Assembly (NCBI GenBank): GCA_965205015.1
Contig: OZ242029.1
Coordinates: forward strand, 4,448,001 to 4,512,000
DNA length: 64,000 nucleotides
Direction of reading: 5' to 3'
Source: Candidatus Poribacteria bacterium
GTDB taxonomy: Bacteria > Poribacteria > WGA-4E > WGA-3G
The notes under the pieces: model-generated
The model's input: the letters and a program-made list of their open reading frames with translations, nothing else
Database searches by the model: none
What the model was told of the DNA's origin: nothing
Shown: positions 19,089 through 29,199 of the stretch, piece by piece
How positions within the stretch are numbered: position 1 is the first letter of the stretch
Layout of the letters: every line of letters begins with the position of its first letter
Translations under genes and position numbers: made by a program

Positions 19089-21701
19089 TTATGGACTCTC
19101 ACCGAACACCGGCTCTTTCGCCGGTCGAACCACCCACGCTGCAAAGGCAGCCTCAAATGATGCTGTCGTGTCTCCGAGATAGAGATGCTGGATACTTTCA
19201 GTCGGAACCCTTATCTCTCCGTAGACGGGTGAACGTCCCAATAAGGCATCCTCTTTGACTTCAAGTGGTTCAAAAATCAGAATGGAACCATCGGTTAATC
19301 TGACACAGACATCAGACTGGACGGTTCCCGACTCTTGACTCTCATTATAAGAGGCTTTCGGTCGATTAATGGTTTCTTGACTGACTGCCGACTGCGACGC
19401 AGGCCTCCGCGTGTGGGAAACCTGTGGGACAATGCTGACGGCTTCTTTGCTGACATCAACGACCCGTGCTACACGGTCTATAGGAACGGAAAACTGGCGT
19501 AGCTTAGAATCAAACTGGATCGTTTCTCCATTGAAACCCAGTAGTTTCCCACGTTTCATATCACCGTTCTCCGCCACGAGAATGTGGTTCGGTGGGGTGT
19601 CGCGATTGAAACGCGGGACGGTTAACGCACGCTCTAATTTCACGTCTAATTTGCGGTTTTTAGAGGGGACGCCAGCAAACGCCCCTCCAAAGACGAACCC
19701 TTCGCCTAAATTCTGGCCCGGGCGGAGTTCCACTTTCTTGCCATCCGCCATGTGTATCACAATGTCATCTTTCAACGCCAGATCACCAGGATCTACCTCC
19801 ACCCATTCGGCTTTATCTATCCATTCAGCCCCTTCGATTTTGATATTTATGTTCGCTTCGCCGCCCCGTCCAAGAACAGTATAGGAACGTTTGCTGTTGG
19901 TCGAATGTGCCGTATCGGTATAGTTCGCGTGCGTTCTACCAGAGAATTCCAAGGCTTTCACGTCCGCTGAATCCATAAGGTGCGCGCGGATAAAAGGAGA
20001 CTGGAAACCGACGGTCTTTTCATCGTATGACAAGATTTGACACGGAATAATCTCTCCACTCTTCAGATGCAATATATGGCGAAACTGTGATGTGTCAAAA
20101 GGATACATTTTCGATGCCCGCCTGTTGTTGCGCTCTATGTGCGCTCTCCGAACCTTCGCCAGTCGTACCGCTTTCGAGGCACCGACGGGTTTCCAGCGAA
20201 TGAATGATCCATCCTCCACGTCAAACAGCACACGACCACGGAGATTCCCTGACGAGTGAAATAATCTATCCTCGTCTTCAATCTTGCTATGATTCTGTGA
20301 AGATCCGGAAGCTTCCACACGCAGCAGTGAAGCACCCGCAAACACACATTTTATCGGTTCATTTGCGAACGCGGTCTGCAACAAGACACTCTCTGGGTTC
20401 ACTTGTGCAATCTTGCCGCGTAAAACCGCACCGTCGGGATATGTCAAAGCAACGGGGTGTTCCCTTTCAACTAAGGCGGCCCCCGGTTGAACAACACGGT
20501 CAATTTGCTGGATATCAATGTTATGCCGATTTTCGTTGTCATCAAGAACGTAAGTGTTCTCCTTTTTGGCAAATAACTTGCCATAAATAACTTGTCCATT
20601 CATCATGTGGACCCGCGGTTTGGAAGCGTCAATCTGTTGCTTTGTGGAACCGACAGGCTGCCGGTAGACCCTTAACCGCCGCACCGTCAGATTTTGACCT
20701 CGGTTGTAAATATAGACACCTGATTCTTCAACCGTCTGCCCGACCTCGTCCAATTTTAGAAGCAAATTGCCAGCAAAATCGAAGACCTCCAGTACGCGGG
20801 CGTCGCCATTATAGACAAGACGCAAACGGAAGTTTCGTCGATCTGGTTGGATCGTCAATACCGGCTCGAAGAGTGTGCCTTGAACGACGACGAGTTCGTT
20901 AACCCAAGTCTCTAACCGTAATGCCTCGTATAAATTTTTGCCGAGTGCGAAAACAAAACCTGGAGGACGCATCGCAGATGCTAACTCCAAGTCAATCTCA
21001 AAATGTTGGGGCCAATCAAGGGCATAGAACATTTTTGACTTGACTTTATCTGTGCGTGGATGACCGCCGCGATTGGCATACCAATCCGGTAGCGCATTCC
21101 CACCAAACAGCAATATGGGCTGGTTCGCATCCCGTTTGGGTAATTCCTGCCGAAGCACTTGACCCGCAACTCGTGCTTTATTGTTTTGTATCGGAGGCAA
21201 GTTGCGGGTCAAATCACCAGGATCGGGATCGCGTGACTTCCGCCAATTCGTCATTTGGGAACCGTCGAAGATCAGATTCGGGTGCGCCCGACGTTCGAGG
21301 GTATAAATCGCCTCACGATTCACTCGAAACCGACCGTGTCGCTCACTGGAAAAGAGAAAGGTATCCTCATCCGAATCAATTATGTCGGCGATCCAGATAT
21401 CCCCCGCTACGGTGCCGACGCGAAACGCCTCCATCGCTGGAACAGACTGCTTTGGAAAGACAACCGACTCCAATACACCGATATCAACAACCAGATCGTC
21501 CGAAAAATAGGGGGATGCCCAGCGAATCTGCCCAGACGCACTTTCCAGCAGTTTACCGGGAAGGGCATCGCCATTTTTCCAACGCAAGGTCTGGTACCGG
21601 GAATCGGAGTTCGCTCCTACCTGAGCTTGTATTGTTGGAAACCATAACATCCCCACTGTAGTGGTAACCATAACAAGCAGTCTCTTTAGATTCGATTGCA
21701 T
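19089..21701 (-). CDS. Large exported hypothetical protein, last gene of the MoxR operon
   Basis: 870-aa ORF; AAGGAG RBS; signal peptide; repeated small beta modules (NGDALPGKL, NGQVIYGKL, DGAVLRGKI, NGDMKRGKL). Confidence 0.75.
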   Translation of the reverse strand: MQSNLKRLLVMVTTTVGMLWFPTIQAQVGANSDSRYQTLRWKNGDALPGKLLESASGQIRWASPYFSDDLVVDIGVLESVVFPKQSVPAMEAFRVGTVAGDIWIADIIDSDEDTFLFSSERHGRFRVNREAIYTLERRAHPNLIFDGSQMTNWRKSRDPDPGDLTRNLPPIQNNKARVAGQVLRQELPKRDANQPILLFGGNALPDWYANRGGHPRTDKVKSKMFYALDWPQHFEIDLELASAMRPPGFVFALGKNLYEALRLETWVNELVVVQGTLFEPVLTIQPDRRNFRLRLVYNGDARVLEVFDFAGNLLLKLDEVGQTVEESGVYIYNRGQNLTVRRLRVYRQPVGSTKQQIDASKPRVHMMNGQVIYGKLFAKKENTYVLDDNENRHNIDIQQIDRVVQPGAALVEREHPVALTYPDGAVLRGKIAQVNPESVLLQTAFANEPIKCVFAGASLLRVEASGSSQNHSKIEDEDRLFHSSGNLRGRVLFDVEDGSFIRWKPVGASKAVRLAKVRRAHIERNNRRASKMYPFDTSQFRHILHLKSGEIIPCQILSYDEKTVGFQSPFIRAHLMDSADVKALEFSGRTHANYTDTAHSTNSKRSYTVLGRGGEANINIKIEGAEWIDKAEWVEVDPGDLALKDDIVIHMADGKKVELRPGQNLGEGFVFGGAFAGVPSKNRKLDVKLERALTVPRFNRDTPPNHILVAENGDMKRGKLLGFNGETIQFDSKLRQFSVPIDRVARVVDVSKEAVSIVPQVSHTRRPASQSAVSQETINRPKASYNESQESGTVQSDVCVRLTDGSILIFEPLEVKEDALLGRSPVYGEIRVPTESIQHLYLGDTTASFEAAFAAWVVRPAKEPVFGESP

Positions 21702-21711
21702 CGTATTTCTC

Positions 21712-21848
21712 CTTATATTGGTTATCAGTTATCGGTAACAAGAGGTTTCTGGCAACAATTCACCTCTCCCTGGAATATACCAAATTTGCGAAGATTGTTG
21801 CAAAACGTCTCTTAACCGACAACCAACAACTGACAACTGACAACTATT
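21712..21848 (-). repeat. Heptamer-flanked miniature repeat element
   Basis: On the minus strand: AATAG(TTGTCAG)n...AAACCTCTT...(GATAACT)n; begins at the stop codon of the upstream gene. Confidence 0.6.
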
Positions 21849-22918
21849 TATCTTTCATAGATAGGCAAGAGCCGATAGTTCAACGCCAAAGCGAGGATAG
21901 CCATACCAGTGCCGTAGGCTCTCCCATGGGAACTCGCGAAACTCCCGTCTTCTGCTTGGGTTTTCTGGAGCCACTCGATGGTTCTTTGGTTCCAAGCCTT
22001 CCACGCCTCAAAGTCACTTTGAAACAGTGCCTGCGCCATATAGTAAAGATTGTAGAACAGGTGCCCACTGCCGCGCTGGTCAATCCGACGCTTGATGAAC
22101 TCGGCAGCGGCTTTGTATTCAGGCGTATCTTTTCTTTTCGCAATCGCATAAATCAGGGTGCCGATTGCCGTCCGAGTGAGTCCGCCCCCATGACTGCTTG
22201 TCATCTGATACGTTACACTCCCGTCTTGCATCGTGTGTGTCTGAAAAAAACTTACCGCCTTGTCAACGGCTTCATTGGGAATCTCAATACCGGCGTTTCG
22301 AGCACCGAGTATGCCCATCAACACGGTTCCAGCCACGGTTGTATCAGCATCTTGGGATTCCGGTGAGTAACGCCAGGCACCCCATGGATTCTTTCGCTGT
22401 GAAGTCAATGAGGAACGCACTGCGAGTTCCAACGCCTCGCTCAGAGTGCTCCGCCGTTCAGGCGGAATGTTGCTCCCTTCCCAGAGCAATCGCTCGCTGA
22501 CTGCGCCATACGCTTCTGAGAGTGCCAACAAGGCAAAACCGTGCTGGTACATGGATCCATGTCCGCCCCAAGTGCCACCGATGTATCCCGTTCTTGCATC
22601 CTGATTGGAAATGATATTGCATAAAGCTTTACGGATGTTCGTCGCATAAGGACCGAAGTCCGGGTCTTCGCCACTCGCCATCAATGCCATAACACAAATC
22701 CCCGTCACACCGGGACCGCTCCCTGCTCCCGACCAACTGCCGTCCTCCATCTGCGAGTTCGCGAGATAGCGTAAACCGCGGTCATTGATGATACGAACCG
22801 CCGCGGGGACACCTGTTCCATAGCGGAGCGCAACATCCTGCGCATTCGCAGACTCAAGGGAAAATAGGACCAGCACTCCTACAAGGAAATAACAAAAAAG
22901 TTCGCGAATGTTCATCAT
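21848..22918 (-). CDS. Exported prenyltransferase/squalene-cyclase repeat (alpha/alpha barrel) protein
   Basis: QW-type motifs SQMEDGSW, WGAWRY, TQAEDGSF; ANA signal peptide; no DxDD motif seen. Confidence 0.85.
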   Translation of the reverse strand: MMNIRELFCYFLVGVLVLFSLESANAQDVALRYGTGVPAAVRIINDRGLRYLANSQMEDGSWSGAGSGPGVTGICVMALMASGEDPDFGPYATNIRKALCNIISNQDARTGYIGGTWGGHGSMYQHGFALLALSEAYGAVSERLLWEGSNIPPERRSTLSEALELAVRSSLTSQRKNPWGAWRYSPESQDADTTVAGTVLMGILGARNAGIEIPNEAVDKAVSFFQTHTMQDGSVTYQMTSSHGGGLTRTAIGTLIYAIAKRKDTPEYKAAAEFIKRRIDQRGSGHLFYNLYYMAQALFQSDFEAWKAWNQRTIEWLQKTQAEDGSFASSHGRAYGTGMAILALALNYRLLPIYER

Positions 22919-22920
22919 CG

Positions 22921-24747
22921 TTATCTCCTCCACACCATCGGACTGAATATACGTTCAAACTCTCTCCGCTGCCAAGGTGTTAGAATTTCAAAATCTACCG
23001 TCTGTGGGAAAAGTTGGAAAAACATAAATTCTGACGATATCTTCTCCTCAAGCGGACCTGGGATCAACTGCGATGCTGACGTTTCTAACGCCTCTCGTTG
23101 TATATCGTCCAAAAGCAACTGTGTATCCAGGCACCCCACCACTACATCCCGCAAAGCTTGTTGATGCAAAATCGCTCTCTCGGCTTGGTGCTCGCTATAT
23201 CGCGCAAACGCCTCTTCAGAAAGCACATCTTTGATAGCCTGTTGGTACAGCGGATACTCTGTAATGTCGATCTGCATCCCTTCACTTCCGGGCAATCCAG
23301 CCATCACATTTTTCACAGTGAATTCAAGCATAGCAGCAGCCTCTTTACGAGTCATTTTACCATCTTCGACTTTCTGTCTGAGATTCGCTTGGATTTCCGG
23401 GGATAGTGCATCACGAACTTCTTCGTGGGCTTCAAAGTACTGTTGCACCACACCTTTGGCAACGAGTGCCAAACGTCGAGTAGCACGTTCATTGAGAGTG
23501 CCTAACAACTCGGTATGCGCTGCGAGTTTGGCTTCGGCGGTTTGCTTCATTTGCACTTCAGATTCCGCCGGATGCCCTTCATTCCAATCATTCCAAAGTT
23601 GCATCCTTCGCATGTCAATCTCATCAATTACTATGTCAACCCGTTTCTCTATGTTGACAAACTTAGGCGCATCTTTACGGATAAATGGACGCTTCTTATT
23701 TTCGTCCGCCCCTTTTTTTTCCTTTTCATCCTCAGCGGCCATCTTGACGTCGACCTTTGGTAGATCAACGATAACAATATGCTTTGCTCTCACCTTTGCG
23801 TTAACCAACCCTTCCCAAACTTTAGACTGTGCTTCACTCAATACTCCGTCCAGCGAGACTTTCAGCCTGTAGTGTGCCAGCTGTGCCGCCTCTTGTGATC
23901 TCAACCGCAATGCGTTCATTGAGGTCGGAAAAAGTTTGTTCTCTGTTGCCTTAAGGAGCGACTGTACAACCTTTTCGCGCTGATCTGCTCTCAAACTGAG
24001 TTCCTTATCGAGAGTAGCAGTGATCCAATGAACGACTGCGTGTCGATCTCGCTGTCGCCATGCTGCTGTAAATTCCGTATAATCCTTAAACTGTACTTCG
24101 CTCAAGTGTTTAGCGAATGCCGCTTGGCAGCCTGGATGCAAGAATACCGTTTCAATTAACGACATGTTCCCTTCCTCAACCGACTTCGTGAAGATACTCA
24201 TATCGCCATCCTGCTCCAAGGCACTCTCAATTGAATCGAGGATTGACCGATGAAGTGTTTTAACAGACGCCTCGTCCAGATCGTAACGCTTGCCGATACC
24301 TTCAGCAATGCGTTCGAGAAGGGACACAATTCGATGTTTGATGACGAGGTTCATTCTTCCATCCCGTTGCACTTCAAAGAATGGTTCGATATTGCCTTTT
24401 TGTCTCATTTTGAGCGGGACAAAATGGGTGCCACCCTCAACGATCATAACAGGTTTTCCACCCCGCTCATCGTATCCTTCTTTAGATATACTAATCAGGT
24501 AGCGTCCTGCGGGAAGCCCAGACTGTGCGTACTCGCCGTCGGCATTCGTTTTTGTTGTCCATTCCTTTCCGCTGTTTTGGGCAACAATTTTGACCTCAAC
24601 ACCCTCAATCGGTTTCTGAGCTGGCGTTAAGTCAGTAATCAGTCCACGGACGGTCCCCCCCTTCAGAGCATCGTCCTGTGCAAAGACGATACCGAACGAC
24701 ATACTGACACAACCAACCACTATTAACATATATCGTAAATGACGCAT
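22921..24747 (-). CDS. Exported protein with N-terminal carboxypeptidase-regulatory-like domain and helical C-terminus
   Basis: GTVRGLITD...PIEGVEV...TKTNADGEY...LPAGRYLISISKEGY. Confidence 0.75.
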   Translation of the reverse strand: MRHLRYMLIVVGCVSMSFGIVFAQDDALKGGTVRGLITDLTPAQKPIEGVEVKIVAQNSGKEWTTKTNADGEYAQSGLPAGRYLISISKEGYDERGGKPVMIVEGGTHFVPLKMRQKGNIEPFFEVQRDGRMNLVIKHRIVSLLERIAEGIGKRYDLDEASVKTLHRSILDSIESALEQDGDMSIFTKSVEEGNMSLIETVFLHPGCQAAFAKHLSEVQFKDYTEFTAAWRQRDRHAVVHWITATLDKELSLRADQREKVVQSLLKATENKLFPTSMNALRLRSQEAAQLAHYRLKVSLDGVLSEAQSKVWEGLVNAKVRAKHIVIVDLPKVDVKMAAEDEKEKKGADENKKRPFIRKDAPKFVNIEKRVDIVIDEIDMRRMQLWNDWNEGHPAESEVQMKQTAEAKLAAHTELLGTLNERATRRLALVAKGVVQQYFEAHEEVRDALSPEIQANLRQKVEDGKMTRKEAAAMLEFTVKNVMAGLPGSEGMQIDITEYPLYQQAIKDVLSEEAFARYSEHQAERAILHQQALRDVVVGCLDTQLLLDDIQREALETSASQLIPGPLEEKISSEFMFFQLFPQTVDFEILTPWQRREFERIFSPMVWRR

Positions 24748-24762
24748 CTGCTCAGTCCTCCT

Positions 24763-25710
24763 CTAATTTTCTCGGATTGTCGCCAAGCCCGTCTGCCATT
24801 CCTCGCCTTTTTTACCTGCGTAGAGCATAGCGTAGGTGTCTCCAACTTCAAATATCTGACCCGTCAAAACGCCATCGCAATCGAAAGCATCGGGATCGTC
24901 CGACGGCGTGAATACCGGGTTATAAGGATTCGGCTCGAAGGTATGGAAATCTCGGGTGCGTACATGTCCGATCCGCCACACTTCACCATCAAATCCACCG
25001 TAAAGAATGTGGAAGTATTCTGGACCTTTGAACAATTCGGTTTCACGAACGGATCGACTGTCCCACGCCTGTCCGCTCCCCGTAAAAACGGGATTGTCAG
25101 GATTTTTCCTGACCGACGCAGGATCGTTCGTCGGGGCAGTCGCATGACACATCGTCAATCCTTCTCCGAAGGACCGTGTCGCCTTCCCTGTATAAACGAT
25201 GTGGATTGTGTCATCCTCTATCGCAACCGAAGGGTGACTTGCGCCGTGCCGTTCGTGTTCGGTATCCGCAGGAATGACAGGTGTACGGCAGACACGCTGC
25301 CACTCGCCAAGGTCGCCATCGCTCACAAGGAGTCCCGTCTGCTCAGGGGTCGTTTCTCCCTTGCCCCGATAATACATGTAGAACTTACCGTCAGTAGGAT
25401 TTAGGAATGGGAAGGGGTACTCAACGGCTGCGCCATCAAAACCGTCCGCTGAAGGCTCAAGGACAGGGTTACGTGTATCCTGTGTGATGTCAGTAAGATC
25501 ACTGATCGGAGCCGTCGCGTGCATTATCAACCATCGCACACCAAGGTCGCGCTTACACCAGATGTAGTGTACCGTCTCATCAACGATAATCGCATGAGTC
25601 GCCGCCGCCCAAAGTGGTGGTGGCAGAGAAATAATCGGATTGCCCGTCTCGATTCTCTTGAAACTGGCGAACACCTCAAATGGAATAGGCTCTTTCCGTG
25701 GATTTGTCAT
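24763..25710 (-). CDS. Five-bladed beta-propeller glycoside hydrolase-like protein (GH43/GH117/GH130-like)
   Basis: Blade repeats NPVLEPS, KNPDNPVF, NPYNPVF; FYMYYRG; WRIGH; AMLYAG. Confidence 0.7.
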   Translation of the reverse strand: MTNPRKEPIPFEVFASFKRIETGNPIISLPPPLWAAATHAIIVDETVHYIWCKRDLGVRWLIMHATAPISDLTDITQDTRNPVLEPSADGFDGAAVEYPFPFLNPTDGKFYMYYRGKGETTPEQTGLLVSDGDLGEWQRVCRTPVIPADTEHERHGASHPSVAIEDDTIHIVYTGKATRSFGEGLTMCHATAPTNDPASVRKNPDNPVFTGSGQAWDSRSVRETELFKGPEYFHILYGGFDGEVWRIGHVRTRDFHTFEPNPYNPVFTPSDDPDAFDCDGVLTGQIFEVGDTYAMLYAGKKGEEWQTGLATIREN

Positions 25711-28700
25711 TGGGTTCTCCCTTCCAAGGCGTCAAAATAAGCATCCAATCCTTGGCGAAATTCTTCCGGTAACACGCGCCCCGTTTTCCCGGTTGCCTGT
25801 CTGGGTGAACGATTTTCGATAGAAGCTCTGCCGCTGTCATCCCCGACCCCGAGGAGACTCAAAGCAGAAGCAGTGGCTGGCGGGGCAGTGATTATCATGG
25901 GAGCGTTTGGAATCCGTCCGGTTTCGAGTAGGATTTCAATCACTTCCGTTATAGCGGCAATCGCTCTGGGACCCGTATCCGGTTCTGCGAGGATGTCTTC
26001 GACCTCCTCCATAACCTCCGCGGCTCGTGCCACTTTCGCAAGTTGCCCTTGGATGAAGCGTTCAGTCGCGTTAGGCAGAAGGCTAATCTGTGCTTCTACC
26101 TCGCGGGTATCCTCGGTGAGCGTGATTTGTGTATCGTACAGTGCGATGCTACGCTCGCTATATTCATCAGCAGTCAGTGCCGCCTTCGCCTGCTCAAGTT
26201 CTCGTGTCTCTTCCCGCAATTGTATCTCGCGATTGATGATACGCATCACTTCCACGACGATTTCTGGTGGCAGGTTCGGTAGTTCTACCAGTCCCATCTC
26301 TCCAGGGGGTTCTCCCTCAGGTAAGGGCGGCACTAACTGCTCTGCCCACCGATCCAACGTATCTGCCCAGAATTCCGCTTCAATCGTTGATTCACCGATA
26401 AAATTGTCTTTAACAATCGCTTCCGCGATGCCCTGCATCTGGTCCGATACAATGGCATCTTGCATCTCCGACAACACACGCGAGAACCCCTCAGAGGGTC
26501 GCCGATCCGCATAAGCAACCATGTCCTGTAGGAGTGTAGATGCGACCTTAGCCTCAGCGATCTCTTTTTCAGCCAAACGCCTGCGGTCAGACGCATCTTC
26601 TACCGCATCAGTTGCATCTTGACCGAAACCGTCCAGATTGTTCAGATCCACTGCGATGTCGATCTGCCGTCGCGATGCCGCTTTCAGGCGTTTCACGAAC
26701 GTGCTATTTTCAAAACCGGTGAGCAATTTGTTCATTTCTTCCGCCAACTCGGCAAAGGCATCCAACAATTCTTGCTGTTCTTTGACGGCTTCCAAGACGA
26801 GCTCCGCCGTCTGAGGCGCTGGTGGTTCCTCCTCCTCATCGTTCCGACCGCTCCCTCTGAGGGTTGTCGCAGGGATTCCCAGACCCCCAACGACTTGCGG
26901 TGCCTGTCCCGCCTCTTCTTCCTCATTGAAACCGGATTCAACATCAACAACACGCGGTGTCGGGTTGGCGGGTACATACCCTGGCTTACCTTCTGGCTGT
27001 TTGCTTCGATTCACGATGACGCTCGCGCCAGGCGTATTCGGATCTTCTGGGATCTCGTCTAACCCTTCGGGCGGAGTCTTGCTCTCGGGTCCGTATTTTT
27101 CCACCTTCTCCAAATTATTGGGTTCACTCTTGGAAGATAATGGAACTCCCCCTGCTGTCGGAGGAGAGGTTTCTTGCTGACTGCCGACTGCTGACTGCCG
27201 ACTGCTACTCAGTCCGGGTGCCTCAGCCGCACGTGCCAGTAAATCAGCGACAGAGGGCATTCTCTGCCCCGCGATCTCCTCTAACTTCTGGAGTATCTCC
27301 GCCCACGATTCAAGCTGATTCGGATCGAATTCCTCGTTTTTTGTTGCTTCTTGTACCAACTCCGTGCCGAGTTGAATGAGGCTCTCAAGTCGCGCTGCAT
27401 TGGCACGCTCCGCAGCGGCTTGATTTTGCAGTTTCCTGCGCTGCGCGGGATCGTCAAGTGCTTCGGGCGGTAGGTCACGCAGTTCGCGATTCGTTTCGTG
27501 CAACTGCAATTCTTTGTCATGGACCTCCTGTGCCGCGCCCATCCAGAGTTCCATCTGTCCGACCAACCACTTGAAATGTTCCGCCGGGGTCAGCACATGT
27601 ATGACGAGGTCAGGTGAACGAACACGCTCGCGACCGGGAAGATAATCCTCAGCGAAGGCGCGTAGGCGTAAACTCTGCGGACGCACATTTTCACGCACGG
27701 CAGAGAATGTGGCAGCGACGGTCATGAGTTCCGTGGTCGGTGTACCTGAGGATACTGTTTTCTCGCCACGTGTCGGTTCAGGATTGTGAATCGGGTTACC
27801 AATGCCTTCCCATTCTAAACCCACTCGTTTCACGCCAAAATCATCCGCTGCTTGAATCTCAAAGGTGAGCACCTCACTCGAAAGTACAACACGATTGTTC
27901 TTGAGTTTGTTGAAGTTAACCGTCGGGGATCCGTCTTCTTGGATCTCTAACCGTATCACTTGCGGTTCACGTGCAACGAGACCAAAGCGATCACGCCACG
28001 CCAACTGGAGTAAGGAATCGGGTTGTTTTTGCTTGGAGGGTTCCCCAGAAGTCCCTCCGACGACGCTGATAGGCTCAGTCGTCACACGCGCGCCATCAAC
28101 CCGTTGTGGACGATCGTTCAAAGTCGCTTCCGCGAGTTCCCGGGTTGCTGTGGCTTCTAAGACTGCGGTGCTTCCTCTCAACAAATTGAGGGTCCCGCCA
28201 CGAACATCCTCCACCAGTGGTTCGCTGCGTTGCAAATAGGTCGGCAATTTAACCTCAGCGATAAGCTGCGTCAGTGCAGGACGCAATTTCGGTTCAATTG
28301 GAATAGACCGTCGGGCATCTCCGACGCGAAGTTTGAGTTGCCCATCCCTTGTTTGCGGCGGTAATTGGAATCGGTATGTTGCTTCCTCTCGCGTCGCAAC
28401 CACTGGGACCTGTTTTGCGTAACGGGCCTCTCCCGACTCAGGCTTCCACGGCGAATCGTCTTTTAAGCGTGCTTCTACATCAAAGGGTTCAGCGTACGGA
28501 ACCACACGCAGTCCTGATTCACCCTCCAATTGTGCAAAAGTGTAACGTTCCACGGCACGCCACGGGGTCAACCACCGAGCGAAGGTATTCCAACTCGTTG
28601 CGGGTATTACAACGGAAACCCCGACCACCAACACCAGTGGGAGAACTGCCGTCCATGCCCAACGACGGTGCCTCGGATTGGGAACCGCATCTGCCAAATT

Positions 28701-29138
28701 ATGCCGTGCGACCTCGGCATCCACCTGACGCATGGCTGCCTCAACCAGCGTAGGACTTGACAATTGGTCCTCTCTACTACGCGCTAATTCTACGATGCCG
28801 AGCACGTGATCCCCAAAACGCGGAAACTTGTGCTGCAACAACCGAGCAACACCCTCCAATTGCCGGTGTTTCCAAACCCAATTGTAGTACTTCATGGGTA
28901 AGAGAAAGACCATCCCTACCAGACCAATTACCAAAATGAGGACCCGCACAAGCGTAGGTGTGTCAAAGACACGGTCTAAGCAAAAAACGATGATATATGA
29001 AACCAGGATACCAAAGATTGCTGCCAACGCACCTTCAGCGAGCTTGATCGTCCATACCCGCTTTTGGTACTGTTCGAGTGCCGTTTTCATGCGAGGTGGC
29101 AAGTTGACTGTATTTCTTTGGGGTTGCGCTTGATTCAT
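25707..29138 (-). CDS. Large membrane-anchored coiled-coil protein (DUF4175-like) of the MoxR operon
   Basis: Three N-terminal TM segments, Ig-like region (ADDFGV), long Q/E-rich helices, C-terminal LPEEFRQGLDAYFDAL. Confidence 0.75.
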   Translation of the reverse strand: MNQAQPQRNTVNLPPRMKTALEQYQKRVWTIKLAEGALAAIFGILVSYIIVFCLDRVFDTPTLVRVLILVIGLVGMVFLLPMKYYNWVWKHRQLEGVARLLQHKFPRFGDHVLGIVELARSREDQLSSPTLVEAAMRQVDAEVARHNLADAVPNPRHRRWAWTAVLPLVLVVGVSVVIPATSWNTFARWLTPWRAVERYTFAQLEGESGLRVVPYAEPFDVEARLKDDSPWKPESGEARYAKQVPVVATREEATYRFQLPPQTRDGQLKLRVGDARRSIPIEPKLRPALTQLIAEVKLPTYLQRSEPLVEDVRGGTLNLLRGSTAVLEATATRELAEATLNDRPQRVDGARVTTEPISVVGGTSGEPSKQKQPDSLLQLAWRDRFGLVAREPQVIRLEIQEDGSPTVNFNKLKNNRVVLSSEVLTFEIQAADDFGVKRVGLEWEGIGNPIHNPEPTRGEKTVSSGTPTTELMTVAATFSAVRENVRPQSLRLRAFAEDYLPGRERVRSPDLVIHVLTPAEHFKWLVGQMELWMGAAQEVHDKELQLHETNRELRDLPPEALDDPAQRRKLQNQAAAERANAARLESLIQLGTELVQEATKNEEFDPNQLESWAEILQKLEEIAGQRMPSVADLLARAAEAPGLSSSRQSAVGSQQETSPPTAGGVPLSSKSEPNNLEKVEKYGPESKTPPEGLDEIPEDPNTPGASVIVNRSKQPEGKPGYVPANPTPRVVDVESGFNEEEEAGQAPQVVGGLGIPATTLRGSGRNDEEEEPPAPQTAELVLEAVKEQQELLDAFAELAEEMNKLLTGFENSTFVKRLKAASRRQIDIAVDLNNLDGFGQDATDAVEDASDRRRLAEKEIAEAKVASTLLQDMVAYADRRPSEGFSRVLSEMQDAIVSDQMQGIAEAIVKDNFIGESTIEAEFWADTLDRWAEQLVPPLPEGEPPGEMGLVELPNLPPEIVVEVMRIINREIQLREETRELEQAKAALTADEYSERSIALYDTQITLTEDTREVEAQISLLPNATERFIQGQLAKVARAAEVMEEVEDILAEPDTGPRAIAAITEVIEILLETGRIPNAPMIITAPPATASALSLLGVGDDSGRASIENRSPRQATGKTGRVLPEEFRQGLDAYFDALEGRTQ

Positions 29139-29199
29139 TGAAGTTCTCCTTTGGTATGGCTGTTGACGATCAACTGTCTATCAATCATATCCCTGATAA

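Noticed and set aside
21848-22918. Squalene-hopene cyclase / hopanoid biosynthesis
   Set aside because: Single barrel of ~355 aa with a signal peptide, no DxDD motif, and no hpn genes nearby.
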